Shown here: in pieces, positions 1 through 8,474 of the stretch
Layout: every line of letters begins with the position of its first letter
How positions within the stretch are numbered: the first letter of the stretch is position 1
Origin: Halomicrobium mukohataei DSM 12286
GTDB taxonomy: Archaea; Halobacteriota; Halobacteria; Halobacteriales; Haloarculaceae
Assembly (NCBI RefSeq): GCF_000023965.1
Contig: NC_013202.1
Location: 3,000,001-3,032,000 of the forward strand
Direction: 5' to 3'
DNA length: 32,000 nt
Notes under the pieces: model-generated
What the model was told of the DNA's origin: nothing
Seen by the model: the letters and a program-made list of their open reading frames with translations, nothing else
Database searches by the model: none
Position numbers and translations under genes: made by a program

Positions 1-129
1 GGCGTCGGATCGCTGTCGGTGACGGCGTGGGCGAACCTCGCAGCACTCGCGACCATCGGCGCGCTCCCGCTCGTGTGGTACCTCCGACAGCGAGCCACGG
101 CGCGCCACCGGGCCAGAAAGCGCCTCTGA
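1..129 (+). CDS. 3' end of a CDS entering from upstream (unknown, probably membrane-associated), partial
   Basis: Frame 1 is open from base 1 to TGA at 127-129. The translation GVGSLSVTAWANLAALATIGALPLVWYLRQRATARHRARKRL looks like a TM helix plus a basic tail. Third codon positions are G/C-rich. It is absent from the ORF track because it has no start in the window. Confidence 0.35.
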   Translation, partial: GVGSLSVTAWANLAALATIGALPLVWYLRQRATARHRARKRL

Positions 130-189
130 TCGACCGCTGGCCAGCCGACAGTCATCAGCCTTTTCTCCCGCCTCGGTGCAACGGAGGAC

Positions 190-354
190 ATGACCGACAC
201 GGCCCTCCGACAACGACTGGACGCCGCCCTCGTCCTCCTCGCTGCGAACTTCCTCCTCCTGCTGGTGGTCGCGTTCGAGGTCCACCCGCCGGGTGCTATC
301 GGCGCGCTCGCCCTGACGCTGCTGGTCGCGTACGGACATTTGCGCGGATCGTGA
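190..354 (+). CDS. small (54 aa) two-helix membrane protein, hypothetical
   Basis: ATG at 190 is preceded by GGAGG 4 nt upstream, and the stop is TGA at 352-354. The translation is MTDTALRQRLDAALVLLAANFLLLLVVAFEVHPPGAIGALALTLLVAYGHLRGS, two hydrophobic stretches. Nearly all codons end in G/C. It is below the size cut-off of the ORF track. The overlapping track ORF 27..398 is in another frame and is R/P-rich. Confidence 0.45.
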   Translation: MTDTALRQRLDAALVLLAANFLLLLVVAFEVHPPGAIGALALTLLVAYGHLRGS

Positions 355-388
355 CAGCGATCGCGAGAGGCGAAAGAAAACCGCCCGT

Positions 389-1357
389 CTACATGTAGCC
401 CAGATCGCGCAGGCGCTCCATCAGGTCTTCTTTGTCCTGGGCGCGGCCGGCGCGCTCGGTCGTTCCTTCGAGGTCCTGCTGCCAGGCGGGCTCCTGGGCT
501 GCCTTGTCGGTCGAGACTTCGGAGCCGAGCGAGCGGAACCCGGCGAAGTACTTCGGCGAGACGGGGATGTCGTCCTGCTCGATGCCCTCGGGCAGGTCGT
601 CGTCCGTTTCCGGAACGTAGCCTTCCTCGGGGAACCCTTCGACGGTGTCGGGCACGACGAAGTTCCAGAAGGCGTCCCAGACGGCGGCCTCGTCGAACTG
701 GAGGATCGTCTGGATGCGGTCGTGTGGCGGGTAGATGTCCGGGTCGTGGCGCGGCGAGAAGAACGTCTCGTCGGCGCGGGACTCCTGTTCGTCCCAGCGG
801 ATGCCCGAGATGATGCCGTCGACGTCGTGCTCCTCGATGGCGTCGTTGAGCGCGACCGTCTTCAGCAGGTGGTTGCCGACGTAGGTGTCGAGCAGGAAGG
901 GGAAGCTGTCTTCCTCGTACTCGAGGATCTCGCGGACGTGGTGCTGGTTGTGCTCCGAGAGGGCGTCGATTGGGATGTCGTCGCCCGGATCGAGTCCGTT
1001 CTCGTCGACGTAGTCGCCGATGTCGGTGTTGCGAGCCCAGATGACTTCGAGGTCCCACTCGTCGGCCCAGTGCTCGACGAACTCGATGAGCTCGTCGAAG
1101 TGCTGGTAGTGGTCGATGAAGACGACCGGCGGGACTTCGAGGTCGAAGCGGTCGGCGACCTCCTTGACGAAGTACAGCGTCAGCGTCGAGTCCTTGCCGC
1201 CGGTCCACATGACGACCGGGTTCTCGTACTGTTCGAGGCCTTCCTTGGTGACTTCGATGGCCTTCTCGATCTTGTGGTTGATCGACGGGTAGTCCTCCGG
1301 CGTCTCGCCCTCGCCGTCGGTGTAGTCGACGTCGAGGTAGTCTGGGAATGCTGCCAT
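389..1357 (-). CDS. phosphoadenosine phosphosulfate (PAPS) reductase family / PP-loop ATP pyrophosphatase-like protein
   Basis: PP-loop-like motif VMWTGGKDSTLTL in an acidic protein with a C-terminal extension ending GRAQDKEDLMERLRDLGYM. The track ORF runs to 1429. I prefer the ATG at 1357 (MAAFPDYLDVDY...) because the 24 upstream residues are non-acidic and lie in AT-rich promoter-like DNA. The start is uncertain. Confidence 0.75.
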   Translation of the reverse strand: MAAFPDYLDVDYTDGEGETPEDYPSINHKIEKAIEVTKEGLEQYENPVVMWTGGKDSTLTLYFVKEVADRFDLEVPPVVFIDHYQHFDELIEFVEHWADEWDLEVIWARNTDIGDYVDENGLDPGDDIPIDALSEHNQHHVREILEYEEDSFPFLLDTYVGNHLLKTVALNDAIEEHDVDGIISGIRWDEQESRADETFFSPRHDPDIYPPHDRIQTILQFDEAAVWDAFWNFVVPDTVEGFPEEGYVPETDDDLPEGIEQDDIPVSPKYFAGFRSLGSEVSTDKAAQEPAWQQDLEGTTERAGRAQDKEDLMERLRDLGYM

Positions 1358-1534
1358 GAGTAATGAGATATAATTAGATGCGCTGTAAGTACTTTTTGGA
1401 TGTCCGACAGGTATGTGGGATATTCCCATACTGTGTGGGAATCGGCGCGGTCCCGATCGGCCACTTTTCGAGCGTGCTCTTGGCCCTGCAGAGGTCGTCG
1501 TTTCCGTCGAATGACACAGAAGCAGACCGCAGAA

Positions 1535-2134
1535 TCAGCTGATGAACTCGTTGTTGCGCCAGTCGACGCTCTCGTTTTCGGCGTCGTCGCGGGGTTCCTC
1601 GACGACGTTGATCGTCGCAGGGAGTTCCTCGCCGTCGACGATCCGGACCGCTTCGAGGCTCTCGTCGACACAGACGATCGCGGTAAGAGTGCCTTTCTCG
1701 GCGTTTTTCGCGACTTCACAGAGGACCTGGAACATCGGATACTGCAGGGCCGTGTTCTGGAGGACCGTTTCGAGGTCGCCCTTGAAGCAGGCGTACTCGA
1801 CCAGCTCCGACGGGATCTCTTCTTCTTCCTCCTCGAATGAACCCCACTGGGGACTGCCACCACCGCTGTTGGGACCGGGTCCGGGTCCGTCCATCTCTTC
1901 GGGATCTTCCTCGTAGACCCGATTCTCCGTGACGCTGGCCTTCAACTGGGCCGTCGGCGTGTACTTGCTGATCGTGTCGTCGGCCGAGACAGCGCTGATG
2001 ATCAGCGTGTTGTTCCGCCGCGTGATCTCGACGTCGGCGATTTCGGGGGGAAGATCGGGTTCCTCGAAGAGGTCGTACGTGTCTTCGAGTGGCAGTTCGA
2101 GTGTCGAATGAAGTCTGTATACACGGCTGGTCAT
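1535..2134 (-). CDS. acidic hypothetical protein (no family recognised)
   Basis: The track ORF 1535..2212 starts at a GTG, and the first ATG is at 2134 (MTSRVYRLHSTLELPLEDTYDLFEE...). The protein is very acidic, with a G/P linker (GPGPGPNSGGGSPQWG) and a poly-E run. The frame shows clear GC3 bias. Confidence 0.6.
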   Translation of the reverse strand: MTSRVYRLHSTLELPLEDTYDLFEEPDLPPEIADVEITRRNNTLIISAVSADDTISKYTPTAQLKASVTENRVYEEDPEEMDGPGPGPNSGGGSPQWGSFEEEEEEIPSELVEYACFKGDLETVLQNTALQYPMFQVLCEVAKNAEKGTLTAIVCVDESLEAVRIVDGEELPATINVVEEPRDDAENESVDWRNNEFIS

Positions 2135-2339
2135 GATTGTGCAGGTGTGGCAGTCTCCGACGGCTGACCCCTGGCGCGGGTCTGCAACGATTCGATTCGA
2201 CGTAGGAGCCACTCGCTTATATGATCTGTCCTTCTCGAAAGTGCGTGGTAACGTCTCTGAGACCGACAGAACGCGGACGAGGTGGGTTCGAGATTCAGTT
2301 CCGCGATTCTTTCCGAGACGGATCGAGGAATTAATGGAC

Positions 2340-2678
2340 TCAGTCGTCGGCGGCCGCCTGCTCGTCGCCGGCCGCGTCGGCCGAACCCGCCGCCTCGATA
2401 CTGGGCGGGTACTTCCCGCGGTCGAGTTTGAGGTCCGAAGCCGGCCGCGCCATACAGGTCAGCGCGTAGCCGTCCCGCTCTTCCTCGGTGAGTCCTCGTG
2501 CGGCGGGCTGGACGACGTCGCCGTCGACGATCTCCGCCGAACAGGCCAGACACATCCCCACGCGACAGGAGTACTCCTGTGCGATCCCCTCTTCGAGACA
2601 CCGGCTCAGGATCGTCTCCTTCTCCGAGACCGTGATCTCCTCGCCGGTCCCCACGAACTCCACGGTGTACTCGGTCAT
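2340..2678 (-). CDS. plant-type [2Fe-2S] ferredoxin
   Basis: Cys motif C-x4-C-x2-C ... C (SCRVGMCLACSAEI ... LTCMARP) typical of 2Fe-2S ferredoxins. The track start at 2705 is TTG, and the ATG at 2676-2678 gives MTEYTVEFVGTGEE. The C-terminal tail is acidic. Confidence 0.85.
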   Translation of the reverse strand: MTEYTVEFVGTGEEITVSEKETILSRCLEEGIAQEYSCRVGMCLACSAEIVDGDVVQPAARGLTEEERDGYALTCMARPASDLKLDRGKYPPSIEAAGSADAAGDEQAAADD

Positions 2679-2902
2679 GTCCCGGCGTTCGGAACCACCC
2701 GGCAAAACTCTTGTTATCGGGCGGATCGAGGCCGCCAGCGGATCCGGATTCGGCCGACACTGCCCGCCGTGCCCGTACCATCGACCGACCCAGCAGCGGG
2801 GAGGTCACGGAGTGCCAGTCAGCAGTGCGAGCGCCTCTCGAACCGACGGATACCGCGTCGTCGGAATAAAGAGTTTTCTCCCTCGGGAGATAGGTCCCGT
2901 CC

Positions 2903-4279
2903 ATGACCACCCACGAGTACGACGTGGCCGTCGTCGGCGCGGGCACGTCGGGCTGTTACGCCGCAGCGACGCTCGCCCACGAGGGCTACGACGTCGTCAT
3001 CGCCGAGCGCAAGGACGCCCAGGAGGCGGGCCACATCGCCTGTGGCGACGCGCTGAAGGGGGCCTCGAACTTCCCGACGGCGATCCCGAAGTCCCAGATC
3101 GAGGGCGCGTTCACGAACACCGGCGTCGACCACGGCCGGTTCGAGATCCCCGAAGAGGACACGGTCCTGGAGATCCCGGTCCCCGGCGAGCTGGCCGTCA
3201 TCGATCGCTGGGAGTACGGCCGACTACTCATCGAGGGTGCCGAGCAGGCCGGCGTCGAATTCCACTACGACACCGTCGTCCAGGACGTACGGCAGGACGA
3301 CGACGGCCGCGTGACCGGGCTGGAGGCGATCCGGAAGGGCGACCACGCGAGCTACGAGGCCGAACTGGTCGTCGACGCCGCGGGGGCGCTGTCGATCATC
3401 CAGGAGAAGGCGACGCTCGATTCGGCGACCTTCGACACGAACGTCAGGTACTCGCAGTTCTGCTCGGCCTACCGGGAGATCGTCGAGACCGAAGAGCCGG
3501 TGCCGTGGGACGACGCCCTCGTGTTCAAGCCTGCCAAGCGTGCGGCGGGATACGTCTGGTACTTCCCGCGGACCGACACCGAGATCAACGTCGGCCTGGG
3601 GTTCCAGATGACCGAAGACGAGCCGATGGAGTTAGTCGACGACCTCAAGCAGGACCTCCAGGGCCGTTCGGAGTTCGAGAACGCCGAGGTACAGGACAAG
3701 CTCGGCGCTGCGCTGCCGACTCGCCGTCCGTACGACTCGGCGGTCGCACCGGGCTTTATGGCCGTCGGCGACGCGGCCGGCCACGTCAATCCGACGACCG
3801 GCGGGGGCATCGCCGGGGCGGCCTACGCAGGCCAGTACGCGGGCGAGCAGGCCATCGAAGCCATGGAGGCCGGACGGGTCGACGAGGAGGCGGCGCTGTG
3901 GGAGTACAACGAGCGCGTGATGGACCACTTCGGCGCGCGCTACGCCGCCCTGGACGTGTACAACATCTTCACGACGGCATACGACGTGGACGATCTGATG
4001 GGCCTGCTCGCCGCGATGCCGGCCAACAAGATCGCCGACGCGCTGTACTCGGGCTCGGCCGACATGGGGCTGGGACTGAAGCTCAAGACCGCGATCAAGA
4101 GCTTCGGCCACTGGGGCACGATCTACGACCTCTACAAGACCAAACAGCTCGCCGACCGACTCCTCGAACACTACGAGTCCTATCCGTCGAGTCCCTCGGA
4201 ATTCGACCGCTGGCAGTCCGAGCGCGACGACCTGATGGACGAGATCTACGCCGTCACCGGTGCGGATCCGAAGTACTGA
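2903..4279 (+). CDS. geranylgeranyl reductase family flavoprotein (probable digeranylgeranylglycerophospholipid reductase)
   Basis: 458 aa. N-terminal FAD dinucleotide-binding motif YDVAVVGAGTSGCYAA and a second flavin motif AVGDAAGHVNPTTGGGI. Length and layout match archaeal GGR. Confidence 0.8.
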   Translation: MTTHEYDVAVVGAGTSGCYAAATLAHEGYDVVIAERKDAQEAGHIACGDALKGASNFPTAIPKSQIEGAFTNTGVDHGRFEIPEEDTVLEIPVPGELAVIDRWEYGRLLIEGAEQAGVEFHYDTVVQDVRQDDDGRVTGLEAIRKGDHASYEAELVVDAAGALSIIQEKATLDSATFDTNVRYSQFCSAYREIVETEEPVPWDDALVFKPAKRAAGYVWYFPRTDTEINVGLGFQMTEDEPMELVDDLKQDLQGRSEFENAEVQDKLGAALPTRRPYDSAVAPGFMAVGDAAGHVNPTTGGGIAGAAYAGQYAGEQAIEAMEAGRVDEEAALWEYNERVMDHFGARYAALDVYNIFTTAYDVDDLMGLLAAMPANKIADALYSGSADMGLGLKLKTAIKSFGHWGTIYDLYKTKQLADRLLEHYESYPSSPSEFDRWQSERDDLMDEIYAVTGADPKY

Positions 4280-4286
4280 CCGTTCA

Positions 4287-4365
4287 TACGGAATATTGTA
4301 GCGGTGTACCCGAGATCGTCTGCCCCGTGGCGGCGATCGCCGGTACGCAACTACGAGAAACCGTA
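4287..4365. repeat. 79-bp imperfect palindrome, family copy A1
   Basis: The sequence runs TACGGAATATTGTAG...CTACGAGAAACCGTA and is bounded by TCA at 4284-4286 and 4366-4368. By hand alignment it matches copy A2 at 68 of 79 positions. The arms pair over most of the length, with more mismatches than in A2. Confidence 0.8.
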
Positions 4366-4368
4366 TCA

Positions 4369-4447
4369 TACGGATTATTGTAGCGATTTACCGGTGATCG
4401 TCTACTCCGTGGCGACGATCACCGGTACGCAACTACAATAAACCGTA
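4369..4447. repeat. 79-bp near-perfect palindrome, family copy A2
   Basis: The sequence runs TACGGATTATTGTAGCGATTTACCGGTGATCGTC-(11 nt)-GACGATCACCGGTACGCAACTACAATAAACCGTA. The hand fold is 5 bp, 1 mismatch, 9 bp, a 5x5 internal loop, 14 bp and an 11-nt loop. It is bounded by TCA at 4366-4368 and 4448-4450, and the latter is the stop codon of the minus-strand amidohydrolase. Confidence 0.85.
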
Positions 4448-5719
4448 TCAGTCGTCTTCGTCTGCGATCTCGCGTACCGTCTCCGAGAGCCAGTCGACGC
4501 CGATCGCCAGCGACGGCTCGTCCACGTCGAACGTCGCGGTGTGGTGGCCGCCGGGGTGGTCGGTGCCGACACCGACGTAGGCCGCAGTGCCGCCCGTCTC
4601 CTGGACGCGTCGCATGAGCACCGTCGCGTCCTCGCTGCCGCCGAGTGGCGCGGTCCGGAGCCGCGAGTCGACGCCGGGAATCCCCTCGGCGACATCGTAG
4701 CCAAGCGAGACGAGTTCCTCGTCGTTGGTCGCGCTGGGCGCTTCGCCGGTGCGCTCGACGGCGTACTCACAGCCGTGCATTCCGGCGGCGTGTTCGATCA
4801 CGTCGTTCGCGCGCTCGCGCATGTACGCCATCAGTTCTGTCGTCTCTCCTCTGACCTCGCCCTCGATGCTCGCGTGTTCGGGGATGATGTTCGAGGCCGT
4901 CCCGCCCTCGACGACACCCGCGTTGATCCGCGTCGGACCGTCTTCGTTGCGCGGGATGGCGTAGAGGTTCTGGACGGCCGCCGCCATCGCCTGCACGGCG
5001 TTCGTACCCTGTGCGGGGTGGCCACCCGCGTGGGCCGGCTCGCCCGTGAACTCGGCGTGGAACTGGCTGACCGCCAGGAAGTCCGTCACGCCAGCGACGA
5101 CCTCGCCGGTCGGGTGGTCGAGCCCGATGTGTACCGCCAGCAGCGCGTCGATGTCGTCGAGGTGCCGGTGGCTGACGGCTTTTGCACCGCCGATGATCTC
5201 CTCTGCGGGCTGGAAGAGCACCTTCAGCGTCCCGGTGAAATCGCTGTCGGCGATCGCTTCGAAGACGCCGACGCCGATGGCAGCGTGGGCGTCGTGGCCG
5301 CAGGCGTGCATCGCACCGGTCTCCGAGCGGAAGCCCTCGGCGACGGGTTCGTGGTCGGGGTCGTCCGACTCCTCGCGGGGGAGTCCGTCGATGTCGACCC
5401 GCAGCCCGACCGTCGGCCCCTCGCCGCGCTCCAGGACGGCCAGGAGCCCGGTCTGTCCGTCTTCGAGGTGCTCGACGGTGTCGCGGTCCGCGCCGGCATC
5501 GAGGGCGCGCTCGCGCCACTCGGCCAGCGTCGCCTCCTCGGGAACGCTCAGACGGTCGTCGGCGTCGAGAAAGTCGGGGCCGACGATCAGCTCGTCCGCG
5601 GTGGGTTCCAGCACCTCGACGAGACGGGCCGTCGTGTAGAACTCCCGCCAGGCGGGCTCTGGGTGTCGGTGGAGGTCGCGTCGTAACGTCCTGAGTCGCT
5701 CGTACTGCGAGTCGTCCAT
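4448..5719 (-). CDS. M20-family amidohydrolase (N-acyl-amino-acid amidohydrolase / hippurate hydrolase-like)
   Basis: 423 aa with the metal-binding motif GAMHACGHDAHAAIG, conserved FQPAEE, and GGHPAQGTNAV. Typical M20D layout with an ATG start at 5719. Confidence 0.85.
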   Translation of the reverse strand: MDDSQYERLRTLRRDLHRHPEPAWREFYTTARLVEVLEPTADELIVGPDFLDADDRLSVPEEATLAEWRERALDAGADRDTVEHLEDGQTGLLAVLERGEGPTVGLRVDIDGLPREESDDPDHEPVAEGFRSETGAMHACGHDAHAAIGVGVFEAIADSDFTGTLKVLFQPAEEIIGGAKAVSHRHLDDIDALLAVHIGLDHPTGEVVAGVTDFLAVSQFHAEFTGEPAHAGGHPAQGTNAVQAMAAAVQNLYAIPRNEDGPTRINAGVVEGGTASNIIPEHASIEGEVRGETTELMAYMRERANDVIEHAAGMHGCEYAVERTGEAPSATNDEELVSLGYDVAEGIPGVDSRLRTAPLGGSEDATVLMRRVQETGGTAAYVGVGTDHPGGHHTATFDVDEPSLAIGVDWLSETVREIADEDD

Positions 5720-5797
5720 ACTGACCGGGAACGGCCCCAGCGTCTTACTGGTGTCGGAGCCCCCCAGAGATGCCGGCGCTCACAGCGATCGGCGGCC

Positions 5798-7702
5798 CTA
5801 CACGAACCGGAACGTTTCGAGGTTCTTCGGGGAGAACGTCCGGAGATTGTGGTCGTGATACAGGGCAGACGAGAGGTCCTGTGTCGCGGACTCGTCGCCG
5901 TGGACACAGAGGACTTTCTCGGGGCTGGGGTTCATCGTCCGGACGAAGTTCTCCAGTCCCTGTCGGTCGGCGTGGCCCGAGAAGCCGTCGACGCTCTCGA
6001 CGCGCATGTCGAGTGATACGGTCTCGCCGCCGTCGCCGATCGGGAGGTCGTCCCAGCCGTTCCGGATGCGACGGCCGAGCGTGCCACTGGCCTGGTAGCC
6101 AAGCATCGCGAGCGTCGAGTCAGCGTCGCCCGCGAGGTGTTCGAGCCACGAGTGGACCGGCCCGCCGGTGACCATCCCGTCGGGTGCGAGGACGATCCCG
6201 GGCTCGCCGTCGGCCAGCGCGGCCCGATCGGCGTCGCCGTCGACGGGCTCGAAGGCGTCCGCGAGGAAGGGGTTGTCCGCCTCGTCGAAGATACGGTCCC
6301 GCAGGTCCTCGCGCAGGAACTCGGGGTAGGTGGTGTGAACCGCCGTCGCCTCCCAGATCATCCCGTCGAGGTAGATCGGCATCTCGGGGATGTCGCCGGC
6401 CCGCATCGCCGCTTCGAGGACGAGCATGAGCTCCTGGGAGCGGCCGACCGCTGGCGAGGGGACGACGACCGTCCCGTCCCGATCGTGGGTCTCCCGGACG
6501 AGTTCGAGGAGCTTGCGCTCGGCGTCCTCTCGGTCGGTCTGGTAGTCGTTGCGACCGCCGTAGGTCGACTCCAGGACGAGCGTCTCCACGCGGGGGAACT
6601 CGTTGGTCGCGCCCTCGAACAGCCGCGTGTCGTCGTAGTGGATGTCTCCGGAGAAGGCGACGTTGTAGAGCCCGTCGCCGATGTGGAAGTGCGTGACGGC
6701 CGACCCGAGCGCGTGGCCGGCGTCGTGCAGCGTCAGCTTGATGTCGGGTGCGATGTCGGTCACGTCGCCGTACTCAAGCGTGATGGTGTGCTTGATGGCG
6801 TCTCGAACGCGCTCGGAGTCGTAGGGCGGTGCGTGGCCCTCACCCGTCGTCGCGTCGAGCGCGTCGAGGGTCAACAGGCCGAGCAGATCACGGGTCGGCT
6901 CGGTACAGTAGATCGGGCCGTCGTAGCCGTACTCGAAGAGCAGCGGGACGAGCCCAGAGTGATCGAGGTGCGCGTGGGTCAGCACGACCGCGTCGATACC
7001 GTTCGCGCCGGCACCGAACGCTTCCGGGATCTCCAGATACGGCTGTTGGGAGGAGCCGGGCACGTCGCCACAGTCGATCAGGACGCGCGACTCGGGCGTC
7101 GAGAGGATGAAGGCGTTGCGGCCGACCTCTCGACAGCCCCCGAGCATCGTGATCCGGACGTACTCGTCGTCGGACATCGGCTCGCGGTGGATCTGCCGGC
7201 CCACGCGTTCGAGCACGTCTCGGCGCTCGTCACGTTCCTGCTGGAGGAGGTTCCGGACGTTCTGGACCGTCGCCGACTCGATCGGCGGGGTCCGGACGAC
7301 CTCGGGGGTCCAGCCGACCCGCTGGGTGATCTTCCGGAGGGTCTCGCCGCTCTGGCCGATGACGACGCCCGGCTTCGTCGCCTTGATCAGGACCTCGCCG
7401 GTGTCGGCGTGGAAGTCCAGCTCCGAGATCTCGGCTTCGTCGGGCACGGCCTTCCTGATCGCCTCCTCTGCACGGGACGGCGGCGTCAGCACGTCCGGGT
7501 CGGGCCGGACGGAGATTCGCTTCCGAAGCTCGCTGGCCAGTCGGCGCACCAGATCACCGTTGCGCGCGAACTGCTTTGGATCGCGGGTGTAGATGACCAG
7601 TTCGGGCCCCTCGTAGGTCACGTCGGAGATCGTGATCTCGCGAGGAACGACTTCGTCGATCGTTTCACGCACCGTTTCGAGTTGCTTGTCTACCGTACTC
7701 AT
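5798..7702 (-). CDS. fttA: archaeal beta-CASP ribonuclease aCPSF1 (transcription termination factor FttA)
   Basis: 634 aa. N-terminal KH-type region (KPGVVIGQSGETLRKI), metallo-beta-lactamase motif VVLTHAHLDHSG, a beta-CASP segment and a C-terminal His motif (CVHGDE). This architecture is diagnostic for aCPSF1. Confidence 0.9.
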   Translation of the reverse strand: MSTVDKQLETVRETIDEVVPREITISDVTYEGPELVIYTRDPKQFARNGDLVRRLASELRKRISVRPDPDVLTPPSRAEEAIRKAVPDEAEISELDFHADTGEVLIKATKPGVVIGQSGETLRKITQRVGWTPEVVRTPPIESATVQNVRNLLQQERDERRDVLERVGRQIHREPMSDDEYVRITMLGGCREVGRNAFILSTPESRVLIDCGDVPGSSQQPYLEIPEAFGAGANGIDAVVLTHAHLDHSGLVPLLFEYGYDGPIYCTEPTRDLLGLLTLDALDATTGEGHAPPYDSERVRDAIKHTITLEYGDVTDIAPDIKLTLHDAGHALGSAVTHFHIGDGLYNVAFSGDIHYDDTRLFEGATNEFPRVETLVLESTYGGRNDYQTDREDAERKLLELVRETHDRDGTVVVPSPAVGRSQELMLVLEAAMRAGDIPEMPIYLDGMIWEATAVHTTYPEFLREDLRDRIFDEADNPFLADAFEPVDGDADRAALADGEPGIVLAPDGMVTGGPVHSWLEHLAGDADSTLAMLGYQASGTLGRRIRNGWDDLPIGDGGETVSLDMRVESVDGFSGHADRQGLENFVRTMNPSPEKVLCVHGDESATQDLSSALYHDHNLRTFSPKNLETFRFV

Positions 7703-7938
7703 AGCTCAGAGAGTGCCCCCGGCGTCGTGGGCGGTCGGCGTACGCCGGGACGGACGCTGTGTAGTAACATAGTTCACGTAATCGGCGACCGTCGAACGCT
7801 GCAGGCCGGAACCGACGGCCGGAAAACCGATCCTACCTCAGCGTATTCCCCACAGGTAATAAAAGCCTTCGCAATAGGCAGTCCGGTGAGTCCACGCGAC
7901 GGTGAGACACAAGTGCGGGGCGTGTGTGAGAGCGAACG

Positions 7939-8427
7939 ATGAACGTGACACCCGAGACGGTCAGACGCGAACGCGACTGGGTCCGAGCGCGTGCAGACGT
8001 GATCGTCCCGCTGCTCAACGAGACGAGAGCGCACCTCGGCGATGCGTTCGAGGTCTCCGTCGAACCCGTCGACGAGGCGGCGTACCTGGCCGCCGTCGAC
8101 GAACTGTTTGCCGACGGCGACCGCGCGGTCAACGTCGCCGCGCTGATCGGCCTGCTGCGTGATCTCGACGTGACCGACGACTATCCCGGCTTCGTCGTCG
8201 ACGAACTGCTGGGTCGCGAACTGGCCGCGATGATCGCCGGAAACCAGCCCTTGCGACTGCTCGCAGAGGCCACCTTCCACTACGCGGACGTGACGACACA
8301 CGGCACCCCAGACGATCCCGCGGGTGCCGACGACCTCGACGCCGCGCTGGCCGCTGGCTTCCAGACGCGACTCCCCGGGTGGCCGTGGCGAGAGACGGAC
8401 AGCCCCTTCGCGGTCGGGGATTCGTGA
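7939..8427 (+). CDS. acidic hypothetical protein
   Basis: 162-aa ORF with an ATG start, acidic composition and GC3 bias. It lies in the same orientation and close to the two downstream genes (gaps of 47 and 84 nt). No family recognised. Confidence 0.55.
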   Translation: MNVTPETVRRERDWVRARADVIVPLLNETRAHLGDAFEVSVEPVDEAAYLAAVDELFADGDRAVNVAALIGLLRDLDVTDDYPGFVVDELLGRELAAMIAGNQPLRLLAEATFHYADVTTHGTPDDPAGADDLDAALAAGFQTRLPGWPWRETDSPFAVGDS

Positions 8428-8474
8428 GAGCCGTTGGCCATACTCTTTTGAAACACGGCTTCGTGGGGGCGATT

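Noticed and set aside
27-398. 123-aa plus-strand ORF at the window start
   Set aside because: The translation is Arg/Pro-rich (pI far too basic for a haloarchaeal protein). It is out of frame with the two frame-1 segments (1-129 and 190-354), which show proper GC3 bias and hydrophobic helices.
389-1357. PAPS-reductase-family gene as a DndC/BREX-type defence component
   Set aside because: There are no partner genes nearby (dndBDE, methyltransferase, ATPase, helicase). The neighbours are ordinary metabolic genes, and the composition is indistinguishable from the rest of the window.
4284-4450. Possibility that the 82-bp-period tandem repeat is a mini CRISPR array
   Set aside because: There are only two units. 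They abut directly through a shared TCA with no spacers, and each unit is itself a long palindrome. Related solo copies occur elsewhere. There are no cas genes and no leader.
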